From Erysipelothrix larvae (lineage in GTDB: Bacteria; Bacillota_I; Bacilli_A; Erysipelotrichales; Erysipelotrichaceae): a DNA stretch of 32,000 bases. A model generated the notes under the pieces. That model was given only the letters and a program-made list of their open reading frames with translations, did no database searches and had not been told where the DNA came from. Location of the stretch: contig NZ_CP013213.1 in assembly GCF_001545095.1 (NCBI RefSeq), positions 1,920,001 to 1,952,000 of the forward strand, in the 5' to 3' direction. Below are positions 7,068-15,471 of this stretch, in pieces. Both the position numbers and the translations under genes were made by a program. Each line of letters starts with the position of its first letter. Within the stretch, counting starts at the first letter, position 1.

Positions 7068-9044
7068 TCATACACTTTTTGATTTCTTTTTTCTTAGATA
7101 AACATACGTGGCGATACCCGTGCCAGTTAGTAAAACTCCGGTAAGTATCCATGGATTTATGGTGTTCTTTGTGTTTATTGGTGCAACAACAACTGGAACA
7201 TCACCAATTGGTGTTTCTTCAACAACCTCTTTTTCTTTCACTTCAATGATATCTTCTGGTTTAACAACATCATTATTAATGGTTTCATTGATTGCACTGG
7301 CATCTTTGATCACCGCATTTGCTTTCTTTGATGAGATGATATAAGTGCTGTTATGTGTGATATAGAACTCATAGTATCCTGCTGAGGAAATGTTGATCTT
7401 GTTTGCTACGGCTTCAAGCCCATTATCTTCTTGATTATAATAATAAACATAAAGATCAGTGTCACCCATATAGTTTCTTAAGGTATAATCTGCTTTTATT
7501 TTGACTAACGCTTTCCCGGGTAATAATCCATTGGCTGGAAATTCTATAATGATTCCATTTCCTCCTTGTATATAGCTTTCAATATTCACTATATCCCCAC
7601 CATTCACAAAGGTGCTGATTGTGATTTTGGAGTCAATATCTTTACTTGCATTTACAATATCTTTCCCGTTAAACACCCACTCAATCCCACTGTTATTGAT
7701 GATAATGGTTTTGCTCGTGTTTCGAATGGATTCAAATACACTTGCTTTCACAATACTATTCTTTGTGGAGTCAATTGAAATGATTGAATCTTCGTTGGAA
7801 TCCTTTATGACGGATTCATAATCATCAGTCATCGTTCCAGTGCTTACATTGGAAACATCATTGCGTTTCAAACTAAAGGTTTTTTCCGGAATCTTATAGT
7901 TTGGATCACTTGCATTGATCGCGTAAATACTTGAGTTTCCTGCATAATCAATGAGTTCGATTGATTCAATAAGATACGTTGATTCACCTTCAAATTGGTC
8001 AAAAATTAATTCACCACTGTATTTATTCCCATTCTTAGAAGAATCATACAGATTTGCGATATAACCAAGACTATAATTGCCCACACTTTCGACTTTCACA
8101 ATGGATATATTTGCACGCTCAAACCCTGATATATCATCTGTAACTTCGATTGTTGGTCGATACACGCCTGGAACACCCACAACACTGTGTTCTTTTTTAT
8201 AATTGATGAGTGTTGGTGCGGTGGTATCAGCGGTTGTAATACCACTTATTTTCACAAGATATTCTTTGGGTAAGGGTCTTCTTTCAAAGTCTGAACCACC
8301 ATTACTCATATCATGAGTATACGTAACTGAATTCCCTTGTTCATCTGTGAGTGTAATTTGTTCAATTTTAATTTTCTTGTATTTATCTTCTGCGGTAATA
8401 TTGAAGGTTGTTGAATAGGTATTTCCTGATTTCTTGGTGAGATCTGTACCCGTATTGATACCACCCATATAAACTGAAACATGTAAGTTTTGGGAAACAT
8501 TATCGGTGGCTTTTACTGTGACTGTAAACGATCCAGGTGCTTTTACTTCTTGTGGACTAATGGAAACACTTTGTAATACAGGAAAAGTCAGATCAACTGC
8601 TGGGTCTTCGATGAGTGTAAAATCAAGACCACTGAAGTTAATGGTGACACTCTCATCGGTTGTGTTTCGATAATACGTGTTAAGATTCCCGGCAGTGTCC
8701 CATACTTGAACGACTTCAAATTGCCATTCTCCAGGTTTTAGTGTCGTTGGTATCGTGTATGACTGTGAAAAGTTATTTGTGTTTGAGTTATTGTAAATTT
8801 GGATAGAAATTCGTTTTGAAGGATCACTTTTTAATGTGTACTCCATCATATATGTATCAATACCCGATAAATCATCGGTTCCACTGAAGCTAAATACAAC
8901 ACTTTCGCCGCCTTTAAATTCTCTTTTGTCCATTGTAATATTACTGATTTGAGGTGGTGTTGTATCCTCTGCTGCAAAGATTGGTGTAAAGCACGCTAAA
9001 AATAGCGCACTCATCATCACTGTAAATCCGATTCGTTTCTTCAT
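7068..9044 (-). CDS. Large cell-surface protein with three tandem beta-sandwich-like repeats of about 120 aa and a C-terminal membrane anchor
   Basis: Signal peptide is MKKRIGFTVMMSALFLACFTPIFAAED. Repeats start at D27 (DTTPPQI), D151 (DLTFPVL) and D273 (DTTAPTL), and each ends in D-x-(A/Q)-GN. The C-terminus is PINTKNTINPW, then ILTGVLLTGTGIATYVYL, then RKKKSKSV. Confidence 0.85.
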   Translation of the reverse strand: MKKRIGFTVMMSALFLACFTPIFAAEDTTPPQISNITMDKREFKGGESVVFSFSGTDDLSGIDTYMMEYTLKSDPSKRISIQIYNNSNTNNFSQSYTIPTTLKPGEWQFEVVQVWDTAGNLNTYYRNTTDESVTINFSGLDFTLIEDPAVDLTFPVLQSVSISPQEVKAPGSFTVTVKATDNVSQNLHVSVYMGGINTGTDLTKKSGNTYSTTFNITAEDKYKKIKIEQITLTDEQGNSVTYTHDMSNGGSDFERRPLPKEYLVKISGITTADTTAPTLINYKKEHSVVGVPGVYRPTIEVTDDISGFERANISIVKVESVGNYSLGYIANLYDSSKNGNKYSGELIFDQFEGESTYLIESIELIDYAGNSSIYAINASDPNYKIPEKTFSLKRNDVSNVSTGTMTDDYESVIKDSNEDSIISIDSTKNSIVKASVFESIRNTSKTIIINNSGIEWVFNGKDIVNASKDIDSKITISTFVNGGDIVNIESYIQGGNGIIIEFPANGLLPGKALVKIKADYTLRNYMGDTDLYVYYYNQEDNGLEAVANKINISSAGYYEFYITHNSTYIISSKKANAVIKDASAINETINNDVVKPEDIIEVKEKEVVEETPIGDVPVVVAPINTKNTINPWILTGVLLTGTGIATYVYLRKKKSKSV

Positions 9045-9194
9045 AATTATACTAAGATGATCAAAATCATCCGTCCCCTTTATTGTTATTCACTTCCTAT
9101 TTTTTATGATTCTTTAAAGCGTGTTCACGTACTGCCCTCATTATAATAATTGTGAACCAACCCTTACCATAAAAAAGTGATGTGTTATAACTAT

Positions 9195-9223
9195 ATTATA
9201 AACTATTTTTATAAGGTTTGCTA
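9195..9223 (-). promoter_or_regulatory. Candidate sigma-A promoter of the surface protein gene (-10 TATAAT, weak -35 TAGCAA, 17-nt spacer)
   Basis: The TATAAT box (plus-strand attata 9195-9200) is conserved in the paralogous upstream region at 12203-12208. The -35 is weak. Confidence 0.3.
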
Positions 9224-9229
9224 TGTGGA

Positions 9230-9237
9230 TTTTTTAT
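9230..9237. repeat. Target-site duplication TTTTTTAT, left of IS copy B
   Basis: The identical 8-mer abuts both ends of 9238-11762. Confidence 0.9.
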
Positions 9238-9369
9238 GGATATTAAACTTTACTTGGGGTTTTCACTCGCAACACTATTTCTTGGGGTGAGGTAATCTTG
9301 CTCTAGCCTCTGTCTTTAAAGAAGTTTGGGGATTTCTGTTGTAAACTGATTATCTTAGACCAGCAGAAT

Positions 9370-9424
9370 AAAAAATCACTTTACTTTATGCACAATTAAG
9401 TGCTGTATTAAAGTGATTTTTTTT
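9370..9424. terminator. IS-internal terminator-like hairpin (copy B equivalent of 2353-2407)
   Basis: Identical sequence at offset 7017. Confidence 0.55.
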
Positions 9425-9522
9425 GTATTATTAGTTTAACGAGGTTAATAAAATGGTAGAAACCCCAAGTTTCCAGACCTAAGTTTCTACCAATCCAATA
9501 CCTCCTATAAAGGAGTAAGAAT

Positions 9523-9993
9523 ATGATAACAGTTTTCTCAAACACATTCAATAATAAACAGTTTTCTCAAAAGGAATATTACAAATTTATCAATTCAATT
9601 AATCCAAAAACAATACCTTGTCCGTGCTGTTCAAAAACAGATACACTGATTCGTTATGGATACTATCCGAAAACCATAATTACTGGGCGATTAACCATTG
9701 TCGTAGAAATCGCACGTTTCTTTTGTAATCAATGTAAGAGAACTCATGCAATAATACCAAGTAACTTACTTCCCTATTTTCAACTGTCTGTACCCACAAT
9801 TGAAATAATATTAACCCATGAACTTGATAGCACGCTTTTAACTGATATTGATGAATCAACATATATTCGGATAAAAATACGTTTTAACGATTATGAATCG
9901 GTGAGACATTTAAGTTATTTGGAACGATTGAATTACTTCATATTATCCACAAAACGGAATATCTATCATTCCGCCATTACTTCACCAACATGA
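9523..9993 (+). CDS. IS-encoded Cys4 zinc-ribbon accessory protein (copy B, Ile23 variant)
   Basis: Identical to the 2506-2976 product except L23I. Confidence 0.65.
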   Translation: MITVFSNTFNNKQFSQKEYYKFINSINPKTIPCPCCSKTDTLIRYGYYPKTIITGRLTIVVEIARFFCNQCKRTHAIIPSNLLPYFQLSVPTIEIILTHELDSTLLTDIDESTYIRIKIRFNDYESVRHLSYLERLNYFILSTKRNIYHSAITSPT

Positions 9994-10126
9994 GAAAAAT
10001 AGTTTTAACTCCTCAGATTGAATATAATGAAGATGGTTATTTAAATAACAGACAATCATTTTTATATTTAGGAGCAAGATACATAATGAAACCTTATCAA
10101 AATAGTCAAAGAGAGGCAGGGTTTCT

Positions 10127-11602
10127 ATGAACGCTAATGCCACTCTTTTAAGTAACGAAAAAATTCTTGAATTATTTAACTTAGAACACCATCAAGTCCA
10201 GAAGATTGATATCAAAGGTCAAAGTGACGCATTGAATGTGTACATTACGCTTCAGGTAGAGGAACAAACATGCCCAATTTGTGAAAGCAAAACATCCACA
10301 ATCAAAGATTATTCTGAAAAGAAGCTTCTCCACTCACTGGTAACACATATACCCTGTTACATTCGTTACCGTGCACGACGTTATAAATGCACAACGTGTA
10401 ATAAATGCTTTTTTGAACACAATCCATTTGCGTATCGAAATATGAAGATTACTCAGCTGACCGTATATAATGTCCTGAATGATCTTAAATCGCCACATGA
10501 AACGTTTACCACAGTTGCCAATAGATATCGGTTATCTCCCACTACAGTATCATCTATTTTCGATTCCCACGTTTCTGTCTCCAGACAAAAACTACCCGCT
10601 TATCTGCTTATTGATGAATGTTATGCGTACCACAGTGATCGCAGTGATTATGTATGCGTTCTTATTGATGCAATGACAAAGAATATCGTAGATATATTAC
10701 CGTCCCGTAAGAAACAAGACTTAGTCGCGTATTTTAGCCAAATCCCCCTTGAAGAACGCAAAGGAGTCTTAGGTATTGGAATCGACATGTGGTATAGCTA
10801 TAGAGTCGTCGCAAAACAATTCCTTCCAAACGCGTTTATCAGTGTTGATCGTTTTCATGTTTATAGTGATTTAATGAAACGTATCGACTCTATTAGGGTA
10901 GACACTATGAAGAAACTAAAACCTCCTAAGAACTGGAAGCAAACAGAAGATAAAGTCAAAAGACAAGAATATTATAAGCGTGACCAGCAATACTATCTGC
11001 TTAAAAAGTTCAACTGGTTACTCTATAAAAACCCCAAAGCAACAACCACAGTTAAAGATAAGAAATACAATATATTTGATCCAAATGTACCGAAACAACG
11101 CAATAAGAAATTGGGAAAGTTTCTAAACCTTTACGACATAATAGACCTAATTCTTCAAACGAGCAATGGCCTTGAAGATGCATATAACATGAAGTTCTTA
11201 CTCGATCAATTCTTCAATGAATCAAAAGCTGAGAATGCACACGAGAATCTGAACACACTCATCAGAGTGATGGCTCAGAGTAGAGTTGCATCAATCGTTG
11301 ATTTTAGCCGAACTTTAGGAAAGTGGAAAAATGAAATTGTCGCAACTTTCAATAAAGTAGAAAAATGCACAAAGGTCACAAATAAGAAAACAGGAGAAAC
11401 CCATTATGAAGTTTCCATAACACACATAAACAGTGCGTTGATTGAGAATCGAAATCGCATAATCAAGCAAATAAAAAACAATGCAAGTGGCTATCGTAAT
11501 TGGGAGCGGTTTAGGAATCGTGTGTTGTATGTGCTTAATGAAGACGCAACATATCGAATTAACCCAATAATTAAAACAACCTATGACAAAGGACTCTCTT
11601 AA
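10127..11602 (+). CDS. ISL3-family DDE transposase (copy B)
   Basis: 491 aa, identical to the 3110-4585 product. Confidence 0.92.
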   Translation: MNANATLLSNEKILELFNLEHHQVQKIDIKGQSDALNVYITLQVEEQTCPICESKTSTIKDYSEKKLLHSLVTHIPCYIRYRARRYKCTTCNKCFFEHNPFAYRNMKITQLTVYNVLNDLKSPHETFTTVANRYRLSPTTVSSIFDSHVSVSRQKLPAYLLIDECYAYHSDRSDYVCVLIDAMTKNIVDILPSRKKQDLVAYFSQIPLEERKGVLGIGIDMWYSYRVVAKQFLPNAFISVDRFHVYSDLMKRIDSIRVDTMKKLKPPKNWKQTEDKVKRQEYYKRDQQYYLLKKFNWLLYKNPKATTTVKDKKYNIFDPNVPKQRNKKLGKFLNLYDIIDLILQTSNGLEDAYNMKFLLDQFFNESKAENAHENLNTLIRVMAQSRVASIVDFSRTLGKWKNEIVATFNKVEKCTKVTNKKTGETHYEVSITHINSALIENRNRIIKQIKNNASGYRNWERFRNRVLYVLNEDATYRINPIIKTTYDKGLS

Positions 11603-11637
11603 GAAATGACTCATTATTGATATACTATAACAAAAAG

Positions 11638-11672
11638 AGGGAAGCTATAGTCATGTGCGACTACGCTTCCCT
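11638..11672. terminator. IS-internal bidirectional hairpin (copy B equivalent of 4621-4655)
   Basis: Identical sequence at offset 7017. Confidence 0.55.
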
Positions 11673-11762
11673 TTGGTCTTTAACAAACTTGTTTGGGGTA
11701 ACTTACTCCCCAAGTTATTTTATATCATTTTCTGAATTATCCCCAAGTTATTTCAGACCGCC

Positions 11763-11770
11763 TTTTTTAT
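11763..11770. repeat. Target-site duplication TTTTTTAT, right of IS copy B
   Basis: Same 8-mer as 9230-9237. Confidence 0.9.
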
Positions 11771-11783
11771 TATCGTTTCACTT

Positions 11784-11819
11784 AAAAGCACTATAGGTAT
11801 ATATCCCCATAGTGCTTTT
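11784..11819 (-). terminator. Terminator hairpin after the 72-aa gene
   Basis: Stem AAAAGCACTAT(GG) / (CC)ATAGTGCTTTT with a 9-nt loop, 10 nt downstream of the stop at 11830. A short U-run follows on the minus strand. Confidence 0.5.
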
Positions 11820-11829
11820 GGTTTGAAGA

Positions 11830-12048
11830 CTAATCCTCGTCGTATTTCTTTTGATACATTCCCACAATACTTCCTGTTAGAACAAGAATACCCAGTATAT
11901 ATAAATAGTGACTTGAGTGCTCTTGGTTCATGGTTGTTCCAACAGATACATCGCTAGAATCCACCAATGTGTCTATAGCACTTATTGGTGTAGAAGATGC
12001 GATGAATAGAACTAGTGCGACGAATACTGATCGTAAAAGTTTCTTCAT
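11830..12048 (-). CDS. Small signal-peptide plus C-terminal-anchor protein (stub paralog of the 658-aa surface protein)
   Basis: 72 aa. Signal peptide is MKKLLRSVFVALVLFIASSTPISAID, followed by 25 aa and then YILGILVLTGSIVGMYQKKYDED. The 5' leader, signal peptide and anchor are homologous to those of 7068-9044. Confidence 0.55.
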   Translation of the reverse strand: MKKLLRSVFVALVLFIASSTPISAIDTLVDSSDVSVGTTMNQEHSSHYLYILGILVLTGSIVGMYQKKYDED

Positions 12049-12255
12049 AATGATATTGAGATGATTAAAACCTCACCGTTCCCCTTTCTAATATACTACT
12101 TTTTGTAATTGATTGATGAACCACGCCCCTTTAGGTTTATTATCGCGGGGTTTGTTTATGTGATCACCTCTATCAATGACTGTTTTGTATGTATTTACCT
12201 ATATTATAACTGATTTTTATAATGATTAATACCGTTTAAGGGGAATTCTTTGGGT

Positions 12256-13599
12256 TTATCCGACCAGGATACTACCTTCTGGATACTTCACTTTCACTTC
12301 TTGTGAACGTGATGAAGATGACCAGAAGAAGGTTACAAGACCCACACGACCAATAAACATAAGAACAATAAGCACACATTTACCAATCGTTGTAATGCGT
12401 CCAGTTAATCCTAAGGAGAGTCCTGCTGTTGAGAAACTGGAGACGACTTCCATTAAGATGTATTCAAGGCCAAAGCCATTTGGAATGGTCTCGGTTCCCA
12501 ATAGAATCAAGGTTGCACCTAACACCAATAACAGTCCAAAGAGAATAATAAACAATGATCGACGAATTAAGTTATCGGATAATGAACGGTGTTTGTAGGT
12601 CGGTTGTTTGTTTCTGAAGCTTGAGACTAAGTAAATCATCACGACACCGATTGTGGTGACTTTAACTCCCCCAGCAGTAGAACCCGGTGCTCCACCAATA
12701 AACATCAATATAATCGTTGCGAAGATGCCAAACATTGAAATGTGATTATAGTCCACATTGGAAAAACCAGCGGTTGTTGGTGAGATTGCAAGAAACATAT
12801 AATGAACCCATCTAAACCGTGGATCAATATTGTCAAAGGCACCCCGACTGCTTTCACTTAACCACAATGTGATGACACTGATTGACATAAGGATAAACAA
12901 TGATGTTAGGACAAAACGTGTGTGTAAAAGGAGTTTCTTGGTCTTGTGATAGGTAAGTAAATCACGCCATACAATAAACCCCAAACCCCCACAGATAATC
13001 AATGAAGTCAGGGTGAGCATTACCAGTGGGTTGTTTTGAAACCGAAGGATGTTACCTCCAAATAAGTCAAATCCCCCACTACAAAAGGCGGAGACACTGT
13101 GAAAGATCGAATAATAGATACCATCGGCTAATCCAAATTGAGGAATGAAGTCAATGGATAAAATAAGTGCTCCGATTACTTGAACAATTAACGAGAAATA
13201 CAACACATATCGGACCACTTCCCCTGTTTGTGATAGATCAGAAATATTCAGGGTTTCTTGCATGAGGCGTTGTTGGCGTATATTCATCTTTTTCCCTAAG
13301 AAAAAGAAAAAGAAGATTAGGATGGTCATCACCCCTAATCCCCCGATTTCCACAAGGATGAGAATGATTGTTTGACCAAATCGTGTCCAGTGTGTTGCGG
13401 TATTGACCACAATACTTCCGGTGACACTCAGTGCTGAAGTGGCAGTAAATAAGGCGTCAATAAAAGACGTATGTATGTGATTGCGTGATGAAAACGGTAG
13501 GTACAATAGAATTGCACCGATCACATTAATAATCACAAAGCCTAAGATAACGGCTTGAAAGATTGTGAGTTTCTTATACCACATGTTGAGACGTGACAT
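12256..13599 (-). CDS. TrkH/KtrB-family potassium uptake membrane subunit (KtrB/KtrD-like)
   Basis: 447 aa, polytopic. Four pore-loop-like glycine motifs are present (SALSVTGS, FCSGGFD, TTAGFSN, STAGLSLG). The size matches KtrB/KtrD. Confidence 0.85.
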   Translation of the reverse strand: MSRLNMWYKKLTIFQAVILGFVIINVIGAILLYLPFSSRNHIHTSFIDALFTATSALSVTGSIVVNTATHWTRFGQTIILILVEIGGLGVMTILIFFFFFLGKKMNIRQQRLMQETLNISDLSQTGEVVRYVLYFSLIVQVIGALILSIDFIPQFGLADGIYYSIFHSVSAFCSGGFDLFGGNILRFQNNPLVMLTLTSLIICGGLGFIVWRDLLTYHKTKKLLLHTRFVLTSLFILMSISVITLWLSESSRGAFDNIDPRFRWVHYMFLAISPTTAGFSNVDYNHISMFGIFATIILMFIGGAPGSTAGGVKVTTIGVVMIYLVSSFRNKQPTYKHRSLSDNLIRRSLFIILFGLLLVLGATLILLGTETIPNGFGLEYILMEVVSSFSTAGLSLGLTGRITTIGKCVLIVLMFIGRVGLVTFFWSSSSRSQEVKVKYPEGSILVG

Positions 13600-13615
13600 A
13601 ATGGGCCTCCTTGAC

Positions 13616-14776
13616 CTAAGGTTTATCTACAAAGATACCAATGATATTATCCCCTGCGACATTTGCAGCGGTCCCAAATGAATCTTGGGTAATATAGAGT
13701 GTAATCATAAGCTGTGCGATGAGGCTTGATGGTTCGATCCCTACCATTGTGAGATAAGGAAGTGCCGTCATGACCGCACCACCAGGTGCACCTGGTATTA
13801 CTACCATTATAAACGAAAAAGCGATTAAAAAGGGAATTATTACGTTCATTTCTGGCATCATGTCAAAGATAATGAACGAAGAGATTAAACACAGCGTTAG
13901 TGTAATGGTACTGCCTAAGGCAAGGGTTGTGGCTGTCAATGGTACTGTAAACTCACGTGTTTCCCTGGAAATATTCATCTTTTGAGCCGCTTCCAAGTTT
14001 GCAGGGATAGATGCAGCTGAAGACTGCGTACCAAATCCTACAAGATATGCTGGGGTTACATGTCGGATCAATTCAATAAATGAGCGTTTCTTCACAATTG
14101 AAACCACCAAATATCCCAAACCTAATACAGTGAAATGAAGGGCAAAGATGACACCATAAACCTTCCAGTATTGACCAATAATCACAAACACTTGATTGGT
14201 ATAACTTAAGATTGCGAAGTTCGCAAAGATATAAAATGGAATGCAGGGTACTACAAATGATTTTAAGATGACAAGGACGACTTCATAGAAATCACCAAAG
14301 AACTTGCGCATGGTGATGCCTTTATTGTGTTTTGAGAGTGATGCAAGGGCTAATCCAATCATTAGCGCAAGTACGGTTGCTTCAAACACTTTAAAAAGTG
14401 GAATCAGTGAAAACTCCATCAGTGCACTTACACTTGCAGTGTCATTGTTTAATACAACATCCGTTGTACTCAGTATGTGTGGAAAAAGATTAAACCCAAC
14501 AAGTGATGCGATTGTGACTGCACATGCAGTTAAGATCCAACACAAGAGTAATGACTTAATCAATATCTTATGTGCCATGGATGCAAGTTGTGTAATACTG
14601 TGAACAATTAACCCTAACACAAGGATTGGAATAAAAAACGATAAGAAGGCTCCAAAGAACCCTGTAAATGTCGCAAATCCCTGAAATATCACTTCAGGAA
14701 GAATTTTAATTTGACCAAATCCCAGCGCAAGAATCATTGCGATAAAGACTTGTGTTGCTAAAGAAAACTTTTTCAT
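13616..14776 (-). CDS. Dicarboxylate/amino acid:cation symporter (DAACS) family transporter
   Basis: 386 aa, polytopic. The motif GTQSSAASIPANLEAA resembles the SSSATLP signature. N-terminal KKFSLATQVFIAMILALGFGQ is typical of the family. Confidence 0.75.
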   Translation of the reverse strand: MKKFSLATQVFIAMILALGFGQIKILPEVIFQGFATFTGFFGAFLSFFIPILVLGLIVHSITQLASMAHKILIKSLLLCWILTACAVTIASLVGFNLFPHILSTTDVVLNNDTASVSALMEFSLIPLFKVFEATVLALMIGLALASLSKHNKGITMRKFFGDFYEVVLVILKSFVVPCIPFYIFANFAILSYTNQVFVIIGQYWKVYGVIFALHFTVLGLGYLVVSIVKKRSFIELIRHVTPAYLVGFGTQSSAASIPANLEAAQKMNISRETREFTVPLTATTLALGSTITLTLCLISSFIIFDMMPEMNVIIPFLIAFSFIMVVIPGAPGGAVMTALPYLTMVGIEPSSLIAQLMITLYITQDSFGTAANVAGDNIIGIFVDKP

Positions 14777-14803
14777 GGTAGACGCCCCCTAATATATTGT
14801 TGA

Positions 14804-14833
14804 ATTATACCATATCAACCAAGTTATTGTGAA
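14804..14833 (-). promoter_or_regulatory. Candidate promoter for the DAACS and K+ transporter genes (extended -10 TGgTATAAT, -35 TTCACA, 18-nt spacer)
   Basis: Read on the minus strand. The SD AGGGGG precedes the ATG at 14776. Confidence 0.4.
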
Positions 14834-14846
14834 CTGGACTCACAAT
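14826..14846. promoter_or_regulatory. Palindrome ATTGTGA-N7-TCACAAT overlapping the -35 of the candidate promoter
   Basis: Perfect 7-bp arms. The core ACTGG is shared with the palindrome at 18311-18326. Confidence 0.35.
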
Positions 14847-14887
14847 CTTTAGAGAATTTTTCAATTGCAAACATGAGGGTCAATAAG

Positions 14888-14896
14888 TGGTATAAT
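14888..14896 (+). promoter_or_regulatory. Extended -10 element TGgTATAAT upstream of the CarD-like gene
   Basis: Lies 20 nt upstream of the ATG at 14916, with SD GGAAAGGAG in between. The best -35 (TTGCAA 14865-14870) has a 20-nt spacer, which is not ideal. Confidence 0.4.
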
Positions 14897-14915
14897 ATAG
14901 GAAAGGAGTGATTTA

Positions 14916-15431
14916 ATGATTCGTAATGATTATTTATTTCATGTCGGTTATGGACTTTGTAGAGTCATCGGAGAAGTTACAAAGAATGTAAACGGCAAGA
15001 TTAAACAGTATTTAAAACTCCAAGACGTTCAAAATGAGGATACATATATTTATGTTCCCATTGACCAGATTGATGATCGCACACGACCTTTCGCTAAACC
15101 AGAGGTGATGAAAGAACACCTCGACGCAATTATATCAACACCGTATCGACAAGAAGCAAAATACCATGAACGTTGGAAAAAGATATCCAACATGGTAGCC
15201 TTAACAGACCTAGAAGAGCGCTTTGACTTATTAATTTACTTACATGATGGTAAAGTGCGAAACGAGAAAGAAGAACGATCAATGCCAAAGCGAGAACGTG
15301 TCCTTTATGAAAAGGCAATTCACCAACTCGCGATTGAAGCAGCACTTGCACTTCACTTAGATTTAAGTGATGCAACAAAGTACCTCAACGGACAGTTAAA
15401 AAAACGCAGCACGCGATTGCTTAATACATAA
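14916..15431 (+). CDS. CarD/CdnL-family (CarD_TRCF RNAP-interacting domain) transcription factor-like protein
   Basis: 171 aa. An N-terminal Tudor-like segment (FHVGYGLCRVIGE...YLKLQ...YVPIDQID...RPF) is followed by a C-terminal helical part with WKKISNM... and PKRERVLYEKAIHQLAIEAALA. This matches the CarD layout. Confidence 0.65.
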   Translation: MIRNDYLFHVGYGLCRVIGEVTKNVNGKIKQYLKLQDVQNEDTYIYVPIDQIDDRTRPFAKPEVMKEHLDAIISTPYRQEAKYHERWKKISNMVALTDLEERFDLLIYLHDGKVRNEKEERSMPKRERVLYEKAIHQLAIEAALALHLDLSDATKYLNGQLKKRSTRLLNT

Positions 15432-15467
15432 AAACCTCTTACATTACTGCAAGAGGTTTTGTTTTTG
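15432..15467. terminator. Bidirectional terminator between convergent genes (AACCTCTT ... AAGAGGTT then TTTGTTTTTG)
   Basis: 8-bp stem and 10-nt loop, flanked by an A-run and a T-run. Confidence 0.65.
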
Positions 15468-15471
15468 ATGG

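Larger units (their letters stand above)
9238..11762 (+). mobile_element. ISL3-family insertion sequence, copy B (2,525 bp)
   Basis: Same as copy A. The only difference I found is A9589 versus C2572. Confidence 0.93.

Noticed and set aside
6958-7152. 64-aa ORF across the 3' end of the surface protein gene
   Set aside because: It overlaps the real gene end out of frame and spans the terminator hairpin.
9047-9070. Seven-codon uORF MILIILV with strong SD, ending 2 nt before the surface protein ATG (possible leader peptide or reinitiation)
   Set aside because: The paralogous leader upstream of the 72-aa gene keeps the SD but has only GTG-Arg-Phe-stop, and that is not adjacent to the ATG. A conserved leader peptide is therefore not supported. 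It is kept only as a note under the leader paralogy finding.
2221-11762. Composite transposon made of two ISL3 copies carrying the sortase/adhesin module
   Set aside because: The outer flanks are different 8-mers (CATTAAGA on the left, TTTTTTAT on the right). Each copy is individually flanked by its own perfect duplication, so the structure arose by two separate insertions. It could still behave as a composite element or a deletion substrate in future.
12049-14915. c-di-AMP or other riboswitch upstream of the K+ transporter gene
   Set aside because: The KtrB-like gene follows the DAACS gene after only 16 nt. The 139-bp region upstream of the DAACS gene is filled by two divergent promoters and a palindrome, which leaves no room for a riboswitch of typical size.
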